A stretch of DNA of 64,000 nt from Phycisphaerae bacterium (lineage in GTDB: Bacteria; Planctomycetota; Phycisphaerae; JAJVII01). The position numbers were made by a program, and so were the translations under genes. Shown in pieces: positions 8,304 through 17,165 of the stretch (positions within the stretch are counted from its first letter, which is position 1; each line of letters opens with the position of its first letter). The stretch covers positions 64,920-128,919 of the forward strand of contig JAJVII010000008.1 in assembly GCA_022072085.1 (NCBI GenBank), given 5' to 3'. The notes under the pieces are model-generated. The model made no database searches and was not told the origin of the DNA. It worked only from the letters and a program-made list of their open reading frames with translations.

Positions 8304-9821
8304 ATGCGGCTTGAAACGTCGCAAAGAATGGGCCTCGAGCAGCGGATGAAGCTGGCTCCGCGGATGATCCAGTCCATGGAGATCCTCCAGCTTCCCCTGC
8401 TGGCGCTTCAGGAGCGCATCGAGCAGGAGTTGATCAGCAACCCCGTGCTCGAAATGCGCGACCCCTCCGAGGACGAGCCCGCCGGCGACTCCGACGGCGA
8501 AGAGGCCCCCCAGGCACAGCAGCAGGAAGAAACTACCAGCGAGGACCGCGGCGAGTCCAGCCTCATCGTCGACGACAAGAACGACAAGCTCGACTACGAG
8601 CGTCTGGCCGAAATCGCCGACGACAACGACTACGAGGACTACTACTCCCGGGCCCGCGGCAGCGGCATCCGCCATGTCGGCGACAGCGACCGCGACCGCA
8701 AGCTCGACGCAATGGCCAACACGGCCGCCCGCGACACCTCCCTGCACGAGTATCTCACCTTCCAGTGGAACCTGGTCGAAGCCGAGGAACCGATCAAGAC
8801 GGCCGGCCAACTCATCATCAACCACCTGGAAGACGACGGCTACCTGCGCGTGGACACCGAGGAACTGACCCGCCGCTCGCGGACGCCCGTGACGCCGGTG
8901 CAGATCAACCGGGCCCTCGTGCTGGTGCAGAGCCTCGATCCGCCGGGCGTCGGGGCCCGCGACCTCCAGGAATGCCTGCTCCTCCAACTCGACAGCGTCG
9001 AGGAACCGCCGGCCATCCACGACCTGGCCCGCACGCTGGCTGAGCACCACCTGCGCGACATCGAGAACAACCGCCTGCCAGCCATCGCCAAGTCAACCGG
9101 CCGGGCCATCGAGAATATCAAGGAAGCGATCAAGTATCTCCACCGCTTCGACCCGCGCCCGGGCCAGCGCATCGGGCCCGACAACGTGCCCTACATCGTC
9201 CCGGACATCCTGGTCGATTACGCCCAGGACGGCGACGGCTACGACGTGCGGCTGGCCAGCGGCAACGAGCCCGTTCTCTACATCAACCGCATGTATCGCC
9301 GGATGCTCCGCAACGGCACGGTGGACGTCAAGACGCGCGAGTTTATCAAGAAGAACATCCAGTCGGCCCGCTGGCTGATCGAGTCGCTCGAACAGCGCCG
9401 CTCGACGCTGCTGCGGGTGGCCGAGGCCATCGTCCACGCCCAGCGCGACTTCCTGGACAACGGGCCCAAGTTTCTCAAGCCCCTGCCGATGGGCGCCGTC
9501 GCCGACAAGGTCGGCATCCATGTAGCCACGGTCAGCCGGGCCGTCTCTGACAAGTACATGCAGTGCCCGCGCGGCATCTATCCGCTGCGGCAGTTCTTCT
9601 CCAGCGGCGTGGAAACCGGCGAGGGCGGGTCTCTGAGCTGGGAGGCCATCAAGGCCAAGATCAGCGAGATCATCAAGAACGAGGACAAGAACGCCCCGTT
9701 GAGCGACGACCAGATCGTCGACATGCTCAACGGCGAAGGCATCCAGATGGCCCGCCGAACCGTTGCCAAGTATCGCAAGGCCCTGGGCATCCCCTCGGCC
9801 CGGCAGCGCAAGGATTTCTGA
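8304..9821 (+). CDS. rpoN: RNA polymerase sigma-54 factor
   Basis: QSMEILQLPLLALQERIEQEL region I, DPPGVGARDLQECLLLQL, RpoN box ARRTVAKYR. Confidence 0.98.
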   Translation: MRLETSQRMGLEQRMKLAPRMIQSMEILQLPLLALQERIEQELISNPVLEMRDPSEDEPAGDSDGEEAPQAQQQEETTSEDRGESSLIVDDKNDKLDYERLAEIADDNDYEDYYSRARGSGIRHVGDSDRDRKLDAMANTAARDTSLHEYLTFQWNLVEAEEPIKTAGQLIINHLEDDGYLRVDTEELTRRSRTPVTPVQINRALVLVQSLDPPGVGARDLQECLLLQLDSVEEPPAIHDLARTLAEHHLRDIENNRLPAIAKSTGRAIENIKEAIKYLHRFDPRPGQRIGPDNVPYIVPDILVDYAQDGDGYDVRLASGNEPVLYINRMYRRMLRNGTVDVKTREFIKKNIQSARWLIESLEQRRSTLLRVAEAIVHAQRDFLDNGPKFLKPLPMGAVADKVGIHVATVSRAVSDKYMQCPRGIYPLRQFFSSGVETGEGGSLSWEAIKAKISEIIKNEDKNAPLSDDQIVDMLNGEGIQMARRTVAKYRKALGIPSARQRKDF

Positions 9822-9936
9822 CCACCCGCCATTCCAAGCCAGTCGGCCCGGCGCCGGACGCCTGCGGCGTTGCCGCAACTGCACGTCTAGCCGCGACCCG
9901 CAGGGGAGCCCGCCCGACACAATCAGGCGACCTCCC

Positions 9937-11289
9937 CTAGCGCTCCATGCGATCCCGTCGGATGCCCGGAGGCGAGCCCGGCGGGGCCGTGCCGCGCGCC
10001 GACGCCGGCAGCGGCGTCAGGTCGATGCGGCCGGGCTGAACCGTCTGGGGGTCGATGTTGCGCACCGCCCGGGCGAAGTTGTGGATGCGGATCTCGTCGC
10101 CCTGCGGCCCGCGGCCGCTCGACCACTGCGGCGACCTCGGATCGCCGCTCTTGGGGTCGCTCCGCTGGGCGCCGGCGCCGTGAACGTTGAGGTAGTGCCG
10201 CGGGCCCGTACGCGGGTTGGGCATGTGGCCCATCGCCCGGCCGAAGGCGACGTAGATGGCCTCCTCCCCCGGCGTGCGCCCGCCTTCGAGGTGCGTCGTG
10301 CCGGTCCAGAACCATCCTTCGCCGCTGGTCATCGAGAAGACCGGATCGATCGCCGGCCCGCGGCCGGAGGCGTCGGTCGCGTCCGGCGCCCGGGTGTAGT
10401 CCACGATGCTTTGGAGTTCCTTCGCGTTGGGCAGCCGCCAGTCATCGTGGCCGGCCAGCTTGAGATTCTCGCACCAGGCCAGCGCCCCCCGCCAGTCCAG
10501 CCCCTTGCCCGAGTCGGCCTTCGTCCACATCAGCCCAGTCGCCAGGTCGCTGACCGTGCCGTCGCCGTTGTCCACGAAGTTGTTCTTGCCGTAGTCGCTG
10601 TTGCAGCGGACGAGCATGCCGTAGTGGACCGCCGCCCCGCCGCCGGGTCCGCGGTCGCGCGGGTAGCCCTTGATCCGCCCGTCGGCGAAGTTGACGCCGA
10701 AGACCGTCGGGGCGTTGTCCATCGTTCGGCCGACGTATTGCGTGCTCGACCAGTATTGCGAGTCGATGATCCGCTCGCCCTTGTCCGCGTCGCCGTAGGT
10801 GAACTTGAAGTACTTCGTGTCGATATAGGCCACCGGCGGGTTGGTCCGGCAGTTGCCGTTGAAGTCGATCAGCGAGTAGAGTTCCTTGATCGTCGGCGCC
10901 CGCCAGTCGGTGTAGCCGCCCGTGCGGCAGTTCTTGGGCGCGGCCAGGAACTGCGCGAAGGTCAGTTTGCCACCGCCGTCGGGGGCCTTCTGCCACATCA
11001 ACCCGGTGTTCAGGTCGCTGATCGTGCCGTCCTTGTTGTCGACATATCGCGCCGCCGGCCCCTGGTAGTAGCAGTCCTGGCCATGGAAGGCCTCGCCCGT
11101 CCGCGGCGCCGCACGCAACTGGGCCCGATCGCTGAAGCAGAGCTGCTGGCCGGTGTCCACGATGCAATAAGAGACGGCCGGTTTGTCGAACGCCGCGCTG
11201 GACGGGGACGTCGGATCGCCGGCGATGGCCGACGACGCGACAGCGGCCAGGACCAGTCCCAGGACGGCCTTGCAGATGTGCTTCATCAT
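9937..11289 (-). CDS. Secreted protein with two DUF1566 (Lcl-C-like) domains
   Basis: Signal peptide after GGAGGAG RBS; two copies of DNxDGTxxDxxTGLMW...DWRxPxxKELxS. Confidence 0.85.
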   Translation of the reverse strand: MMKHICKAVLGLVLAAVASSAIAGDPTSPSSAAFDKPAVSYCIVDTGQQLCFSDRAQLRAAPRTGEAFHGQDCYYQGPAARYVDNKDGTISDLNTGLMWQKAPDGGGKLTFAQFLAAPKNCRTGGYTDWRAPTIKELYSLIDFNGNCRTNPPVAYIDTKYFKFTYGDADKGERIIDSQYWSSTQYVGRTMDNAPTVFGVNFADGRIKGYPRDRGPGGGAAVHYGMLVRCNSDYGKNNFVDNGDGTVSDLATGLMWTKADSGKGLDWRGALAWCENLKLAGHDDWRLPNAKELQSIVDYTRAPDATDASGRGPAIDPVFSMTSGEGWFWTGTTHLEGGRTPGEEAIYVAFGRAMGHMPNPRTGPRHYLNVHGAGAQRSDPKSGDPRSPQWSSGRGPQGDEIRIHNFARAVRNIDPQTVQPGRIDLTPLPASARGTAPPGSPPGIRRDRMER

Positions 11290-11405
11290 CGTCTCCTCCC
11301 GGGCTGGACTCGCGTGAGATCGCGTCGCCACCGGTTACTTGAACGCAAAGCAGCCGCCCGCGTCTACCCGGATTTCCACGGCAATCTGTTGTGCGTGAAG
11401 GCCGA

Positions 11406-12188
11406 CTACGAACCGCCGCCGGCCGGCGATTCCTGACCGGCCGACCGGTCGAGCAGATCCCCCAGCAGTTCCGCGAGATAGTCCGGCGTCTCGTCACCCA
11501 CCGCGCAGTAGATCAGCCCGCCCTGCTGCACCGCGACCGTGCGGAAGCCCGACATCGGACAGACCCAGAACGTCCGCCCCTCCCTCTCGATCTTCCTGCC
11601 AGTTTGCAACTGCCGCGCGTTGACGTCCGAGACGATGAGGCTCACCTGGCCGTGCGGACCCTGCACGACCATATTGCCGGCCTTTCGCCCGAGGAATCGC
11701 GACACGCAGCAGGACTTCATCCGCCGCTCGCCCAGTTCGTCGGGCACGGGGCACTGGAAGCCCAGTTCACGCCGCAGATACGCCTGCGCATCGGCCGCCG
11801 ATTCGTGCTGCATCCCTTGGCCGCCGGCCAGATTCTGCCGATGCAGTTCGACCAGTTCCATCGCAGCCGCCTGCGCAGGCGCCGGCTCGCCAAGCCGCAT
11901 CACCGCAACGACGGTCAGGCCCGCCGCCAGGCACGCCGCCGCAGCCAGCGGCCACCACCGCCGCAGCAGCGACCGGCCGCCGCTCGCCGACAGACTGCGC
12001 ACGCGGGCCTCGGCCTGGGGCGACACGTGCACGTCCGCAAACGCCTGCCGCAGCCGGGTCTTCAACTCGCGTGCCTCAGCCAGCCGGCCGCGACACGCCT
12101 GGCAAGCGGCCAGGTGCCCTGCTGCCCCCGCGTCGGGCTCGCCGGCCAGCGCGTCCTCCAACTGGATGTCGTCCAGACAGTCGCTCAT
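11406..12188 (-). CDS. Zinc-binding transmembrane anti-sigma factor
   Basis: HLAACQAC (HxxxCxxC ZAS motif), single TM helix, periplasmic domain; overlaps the sigma stop codon. Confidence 0.85.
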   Translation of the reverse strand: MSDCLDDIQLEDALAGEPDAGAAGHLAACQACRGRLAEARELKTRLRQAFADVHVSPQAEARVRSLSASGGRSLLRRWWPLAAAACLAAGLTVVAVMRLGEPAPAQAAAMELVELHRQNLAGGQGMQHESAADAQAYLRRELGFQCPVPDELGERRMKSCCVSRFLGRKAGNMVVQGPHGQVSLIVSDVNARQLQTGRKIEREGRTFWVCPMSGFRTVAVQQGGLIYCAVGDETPDYLAELLGDLLDRSAGQESPAGGGS

Positions 12189-12730
12189 CCCTGCTTCCCT
12201 CCGGGCCCATCGCCTGGGCCCGACAGCCGCTCGCGGATCATCTGCCGCGCCCGGCTCGCACGCGACTTGGCCGTCCCAACGGCCACGCCCATCGCCTCCG
12301 CGGCCTCCGCGTGGGTCAGCCCCTCGACGTCGACCAGGAACATCGCCAGGCGATACTCAAGCGGCAGATCGCGAATCGCCGCAGCCAGGCGATCGTCACT
12401 GAGGCCCTCGACGTAGGCCTCCGCGTCGCCGCGTGGGGGCGGGTCGGCTGCGGGCTCGCGCGCCGCCCGCAGGTCCAGCTTGCCCGGGTCCGCCGCCGCG
12501 GGCCGGCGCTTCCGCAGAAGGTCGATCCACGCGTTGGCCATGATCCGCAGCAGCCAGGCCCGGGCGTTGCTGCCGGCCTGGAATCGGCTGAACTGCTCCC
12601 ATGCCTTCAGGTAGGTCGCCTGGAGCAGATCGTCGGCCAGCCCGGCATCGCCGCACAGCGCGAACGCCGCCCGGTAGACGGCGTCCATCCAGACCAGGGC
12701 CTCGGACTCGAATCGGCTGCGATCGGCCAC
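12185..12730 (-). CDS. ECF sigma-70 family sigma factor
   Basis: ADDLLQATYLKAW region 2 and AMGVAVGTAKSRASRAR region 4. Confidence 0.93.
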   Translation of the reverse strand: MADRSRFESEALVWMDAVYRAAFALCGDAGLADDLLQATYLKAWEQFSRFQAGSNARAWLLRIMANAWIDLLRKRRPAAADPGKLDLRAAREPAADPPPRGDAEAYVEGLSDDRLAAAIRDLPLEYRLAMFLVDVEGLTHAEAAEAMGVAVGTAKSRASRARQMIRERLSGPGDGPGGKQG

Positions 12731-12764
12731 GACACGCGGACAGGCTTTCGCCTGCTCTCTCCAT

Positions 12765-12790
12765 AACGAACCAGGGGCTCAGAAGGTTCC
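12765..12790 (-). promoter_or_regulatory. Candidate autoregulatory ECF promoter
   Basis: GGAACC-N16-CGTT on the minus strand, about 35 nt upstream of the ECF sigma gene. Confidence 0.6.
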
Positions 12791-12834
12791 CGATGATCGG
12801 CGTCGCTCCGGCCAGACCCGCATAGGAAACGGGT

Positions 12835-15800
12835 TCACGGGAATCCGTGCGTCCAGTCGCCGCTGGTCGGCGTGCCGACCGCGCCCGTCGCATCCAGCCC
12901 GCTGACGTAGTAGCGGCGCCGGTCGGTCGTGGGGAACTCGGCGTCGTCCCAGCAGGCCGGCGCCGCCAGCGGCGCCGCCTGGAGCCGGAAAACGTAGTCC
13001 TTGTACCAGCCGTCCATCCGCATCGCCCGATAACCGGTCGCGTCGCCGCCCCGGCACGTGCCCCAGAGGATCAGCCGTCTGCCATCGGCCCAGGGGATGG
13101 TCCGCACCGGGCCCGGCGGATCGGCCAGCGCCAGCGTCACCGGCGACGGGCCGCCTTCGACGCCCCACGCGTTCACCGGCCGAACGACGTAGGCGTAAGT
13201 CCTCGGCCAGGTCAGTTCGTCGGCTGGCCCAGCCACCTCAGCCGACGCATCGACGAACTCGCCGTCGGCGGCCGGATGGTCCGTGATTCGCGTCAGCGTC
13301 TTGGCCACGTCCTCGGGGTTGAACCGCGTCGTCCACGGCGACAGCTCGACCGGGGCGCGGTAGACGTGGCAGCCGACCACGTCGTCGCCGACGGTCGTCC
13401 ACTTCAGATGCACGCCGCCAGCCGGGCGAACCATGGCCGTCAGATCGCAGACGATCCGCGGCGCGGTGCGGGCCGCGGAACTCGGCACGCCGGCCTGGCC
13501 GTCTTCGCCCAGCGCGACGACGCGATAGAAGGTCAGCGCCTTGGCGCCGGGCATGTCGGTGAACGTCGTCTGGCTGCCAGGGACTTCGCCGGCCTTCTGC
13601 CAGGTCACCTGCCACGCGTGGTCGGCCGCCCCGCGTTCGATGCGATACTTCGCGGGCTGGGCCGCCGGCGGCGACCAGGTGATCTTCACGCTCCCACCGG
13701 CGACCGTCGTGCAGGCTACATCCGCCGGCCCGGCCGCCACCGCGGGCCCGCCCTGGGCCGGCAGGTAACGATAGGTCCAGGTCTCGCGGGCGTTCAGCGA
13801 CGCGGAAAGCCCGCTGGGGCTCGTGCCGCCGATTACCGCGACGTTGTTGGCGCGGTCGTAGGCAGCGTCCCAGACCTTGCCCCGCGCCGGGCAGGGATAG
13901 ACCGACGGCTGGCGATCCCAGCGGTTGTCGCGGATGTGGTAGACCCAGACGCCGACCTGCCCGCCGGAGGCGTTGAACGCGAGCATCACGTCGTTGGCCG
14001 AGTCGTAGACCATCGGACAGGGCGGTGGAACGTCGCCGCGCGGGCGCAGGTCGGTCCAGGCATGGGTCGTAGGGTCGAACGCCCACGTGGACTTCTCGTC
14101 GAACGTGATGAACAGGCCCGTCTTTCGGTCGAACTGCCCGCCGGTGTCCAGGCCGGGCGTCGGGCCGGGGCCCTTGGGGCGAAACTCGAACCAGGAGTTG
14201 GCGTAGACATCGAACGCAATCAGCCGGTCGCGCCACCACAGCGTCACGCCGTGCCGCGGGTCGTGGCTGGCGGGCATGTAGCCACCGGCCCAGTATGACA
14301 GGGCCCGCGCCGGATACCACTGGTCGGTCGTCACGTCGAGGATCCAGGGCGAGCTGTGCATCAGGTTCGCCCGCAGCGCGTTGTGCCAGCCGTGCGAGCA
14401 GCTTCCGCCGCTGCGCGGCGAGATGACTACGCGGTTGGCGTCGTCGTATGCCGTTCCGCGCACGCCGCAGACGCCGTTGGGCCAGTGGACGCTGTCGGTC
14501 AGCCGCGTCCATCGCGACGACTCGGCGTCGAAGAACCAGGTCAGCGCCGTCTGCGGCGTGTCGTAGCGCCGCCCGTGAGCGCCCCACTGCACGATGCGGC
14601 CGTTGAACGCGTCATAGCAGAGCGACGATTCGTAGGTCAGATTGGTAACCAGGTTCTCCTCGGCGTGGTCGTCCCACGCCCGCAGGACGAAGCTGTTGGC
14701 AGGCTGCGCGGCCACCGGCGGGGCTTCGGTGATGCCGCCAGCGTCGCGGTCGCTGCCAGCCAGTTTGGCCAGCGCCTCGCGGACGCGCGGCATCTCGCGG
14801 AAGTCCCGCCGGCGCAGCGCCGCGACGGCCTCGATCGCGACGGCCGTGTTCGTGTCGCCGGTTGCCACTTCGATCAGCGCCTCGGCCGCCAGCGGGTCGG
14901 GCGTGACGCCCAGCGAGCGGGCGGCGCCCATCCTTACCCGGGCGTCCTGGTCATGGCCCAGACGGACCAGGGCATCCACCGCCTCCGGCCACAGCCGCCC
15001 GCCCAGCGCCGAGGCCGCCGCGCCGCGGATGCTCGGACGACGGTCCGCCGACGCCTGCACCAGCGCCAGCGTCGCCTCGCGCCCCGCCGACCGGACCGCG
15101 CCCCACATGTGTTCGTTCCGCGTGTGGTTGTCCAGCACGTCGCTGCCTTCTAGCAGTTCGACGATCGCCGGACCGTAGGCCAGATCGCCGAGTCGGCCGG
15201 CCGCGTTGCACGCCCCGATCCGGTCGGCATGCGTGAGCAGCGGGATAAGGAACTCCGCCGTCTCGCGCGGCGTCGCCAACGCCAGGTGGCGCACCGCCAG
15301 CGGCAGGTAGCGCGGCGAGTCGGGCGTCGCCAAGTCGATCATCTTCTCCTGCCCGGCGCGGTCGGCCAGACGGGCCAGGCCGATGACGGCGTAGTTCCGC
15401 AGCCGCTCGGGGGCCTTCACGTCGGCGGCAATCTTGCCCAGCGGGTCGGCTGCCAGCGGCGAGAGGCTGTGCCCCAGGCCCAGGATGGCCGCGATCCGCA
15501 GGTCCGCGTTGGCGGCCGCGTCGTCCAGCGCCTTGGCCGCCCGGGCGATGCCCGCCTTGCTGCCCAGCCTGGCCAGCGAGCAGACGGCCCCGCAGCGGAC
15601 GCCGGCGTCCTTGTCGTCGGCCAGCCGCAGGAGAAGTTCCTCGGCTCTGACACCTGGCACGTCGGCCAGCAGTTCGGCGGCGGCGGCGCGGACCGCTGGG
15701 TCGGCGTCGGCGGCGGTCTTGGCAACGACCTCCTCGGCCCGGCCGGCGCTGACCTCGACCAGCGCGGTCAGCGCCGACACCCGCAGGTCGCTCGCGGCCT

Positions 15801-16893
15801 GGGTGTCGGCGGCCAAGGCAGCCAGCTTCGCGCGGGCCGTCTCCGTGCCCAGCCTGGCCAGTGACTGACAAGCGACGAAGCGGACCGCTGGGTCGGCGTC
15901 GGCCAGTTGGCTCATCAGGCAGCGTTGGGCCGACTCGTTGTCCGGGCGACAGAAGCCCAGGCCGAACGCGACTGCCCGGCGAACCTCGACGTCCTTGTCG
16001 CCGGCGTCGGGCGTCAGGCGGTCGGCGGCGTCAAGTTGTCCCTGGGCCATCGCAGCCAGGTAGCGGTGCGACGGCTCGTTGGTGACGACCTCGCGCACGC
16101 GTGCCCGCATCGCCCAGCGGCCACAGGGGTCGCCGCAGCGGCCGAGGCCCCAGAGGCTCAGTTCCATCGTGCCGGAATGGTCCAGCCAGGCGTGCTCCCA
16201 GAGCTGCCGCGCCAGCACGGGCTCGCGGGCCCGGGCGAGCAGTTCGACGGCGAGTTTCCAGTTCCGCCCGCCGACCGGCCCGCCCTGCTCCAGCGCGAAC
16301 AGCAGGCCCTTGCGGTCGATGCGGTCGGCCAGCACCTCGAAGATCGAGACGCGGCCGGGCCAGGCGCGGAAGATGAATTCGCCCTCCAGCCGGCACAGGG
16401 CAGCCAGCGCCTGGAGGCGCGTCGAGCCGTCGTCGCTGCCGGCCAACCGCGTCAGCGGCACGGCCGCGTCCGAGTCGCCGCGTGCGTCGAGGGACGATAC
16501 GTCCTCGCGGCCGTCCTGCTTCTCGGCTGCCGGCGGATCGAAGACGACCACGTCGTTGATCCAGCGGATGCGCGTGCCGGTGGCGGCGGCGACACGCTCG
16601 ACAAGGGCATCGACCTTCACCGACTCGCCGGGCCTGAACGGACCGACGGGGGCATCGAACCGGGCGGGAATGACGGCGTAGAGCAGCCCGGCCTGGCGAT
16701 GGGCGGTGGTCAGGGCTTCCGGCGCCCGCATCCACGCCCGCGGCACGACGACGGCGGCCTGACGCGACTGGGCGGGCCCCCGAACGGGTGCGTTGCGGAC
16801 CTGGCCGTCCTCGATGAGCACGCCGGGCGTTGCGGCCATGGAGCAGGAGCAGAGCACGCAGAGCAGCAGGATCAGGATCGCCGGGCAGGTCAT
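12835..16893 (-). CDS. Large secreted protein (about 1352 aa): HEAT repeats, Kelch-like beta-propeller, FN3-like domains
   Basis: Start MTCPAILILLLCVLC with GGAG RBS; many DxDxxVRxxAxxxL repeats; YDxxxxxW blades; VKITWSPP...YRIER...YRVVA FN3 pattern. Confidence 0.8.
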   Translation of the reverse strand: MTCPAILILLLCVLCSCSMAATPGVLIEDGQVRNAPVRGPAQSRQAAVVVPRAWMRAPEALTTAHRQAGLLYAVIPARFDAPVGPFRPGESVKVDALVERVAAATGTRIRWINDVVVFDPPAAEKQDGREDVSSLDARGDSDAAVPLTRLAGSDDGSTRLQALAALCRLEGEFIFRAWPGRVSIFEVLADRIDRKGLLFALEQGGPVGGRNWKLAVELLARAREPVLARQLWEHAWLDHSGTMELSLWGLGRCGDPCGRWAMRARVREVVTNEPSHRYLAAMAQGQLDAADRLTPDAGDKDVEVRRAVAFGLGFCRPDNESAQRCLMSQLADADPAVRFVACQSLARLGTETARAKLAALAADTQAASDLRVSALTALVEVSAGRAEEVVAKTAADADPAVRAAAAELLADVPGVRAEELLLRLADDKDAGVRCGAVCSLARLGSKAGIARAAKALDDAAANADLRIAAILGLGHSLSPLAADPLGKIAADVKAPERLRNYAVIGLARLADRAGQEKMIDLATPDSPRYLPLAVRHLALATPRETAEFLIPLLTHADRIGACNAAGRLGDLAYGPAIVELLEGSDVLDNHTRNEHMWGAVRSAGREATLALVQASADRRPSIRGAAASALGGRLWPEAVDALVRLGHDQDARVRMGAARSLGVTPDPLAAEALIEVATGDTNTAVAIEAVAALRRRDFREMPRVREALAKLAGSDRDAGGITEAPPVAAQPANSFVLRAWDDHAEENLVTNLTYESSLCYDAFNGRIVQWGAHGRRYDTPQTALTWFFDAESSRWTRLTDSVHWPNGVCGVRGTAYDDANRVVISPRSGGSCSHGWHNALRANLMHSSPWILDVTTDQWYPARALSYWAGGYMPASHDPRHGVTLWWRDRLIAFDVYANSWFEFRPKGPGPTPGLDTGGQFDRKTGLFITFDEKSTWAFDPTTHAWTDLRPRGDVPPPCPMVYDSANDVMLAFNASGGQVGVWVYHIRDNRWDRQPSVYPCPARGKVWDAAYDRANNVAVIGGTSPSGLSASLNARETWTYRYLPAQGGPAVAAGPADVACTTVAGGSVKITWSPPAAQPAKYRIERGAADHAWQVTWQKAGEVPGSQTTFTDMPGAKALTFYRVVALGEDGQAGVPSSAARTAPRIVCDLTAMVRPAGGVHLKWTTVGDDVVGCHVYRAPVELSPWTTRFNPEDVAKTLTRITDHPAADGEFVDASAEVAGPADELTWPRTYAYVVRPVNAWGVEGGPSPVTLALADPPGPVRTIPWADGRRLILWGTCRGGDATGYRAMRMDGWYKDYVFRLQAAPLAAPACWDDAEFPTTDRRRYYVSGLDATGAVGTPTSGDWTHGFP

Positions 16894-17078
16894 CGCAGGT
16901 CTCCGTAAATTGAACGTAGCGCGGATCGCACAGGTTGCCGCCACCGTCGCATGCCGGCTGGGCCGTCGTGCTTGACGTAGTAGAGAGTTCGATGGGAGCC
17001 CAGTCAAGTAGGCAGGGGAAGCGGCGAGCCGGAATCTCATCGAGATCGGATAAGTCTGCTGCTTGCAGCGGAATGAAT

Positions 17079-17113
17079 CCCCGTCGCAAGCGACGGGGCT
17101 TGGCCGAAGACCG
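17079..17113. repeat. REP-like palindromic element, copy 2 (inverted relative to 1610-1641)
   Basis: CCCCGTCGCAAGCGACGGGGCTTGGCCGAAGACCG, just downstream of cusA. Confidence 0.7.
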
Positions 17114-17165
17114 GGCGCGATTGCCTCGGGGCAACGCCCGCCGAACGCCGGGCGAGCCCGCAGGA

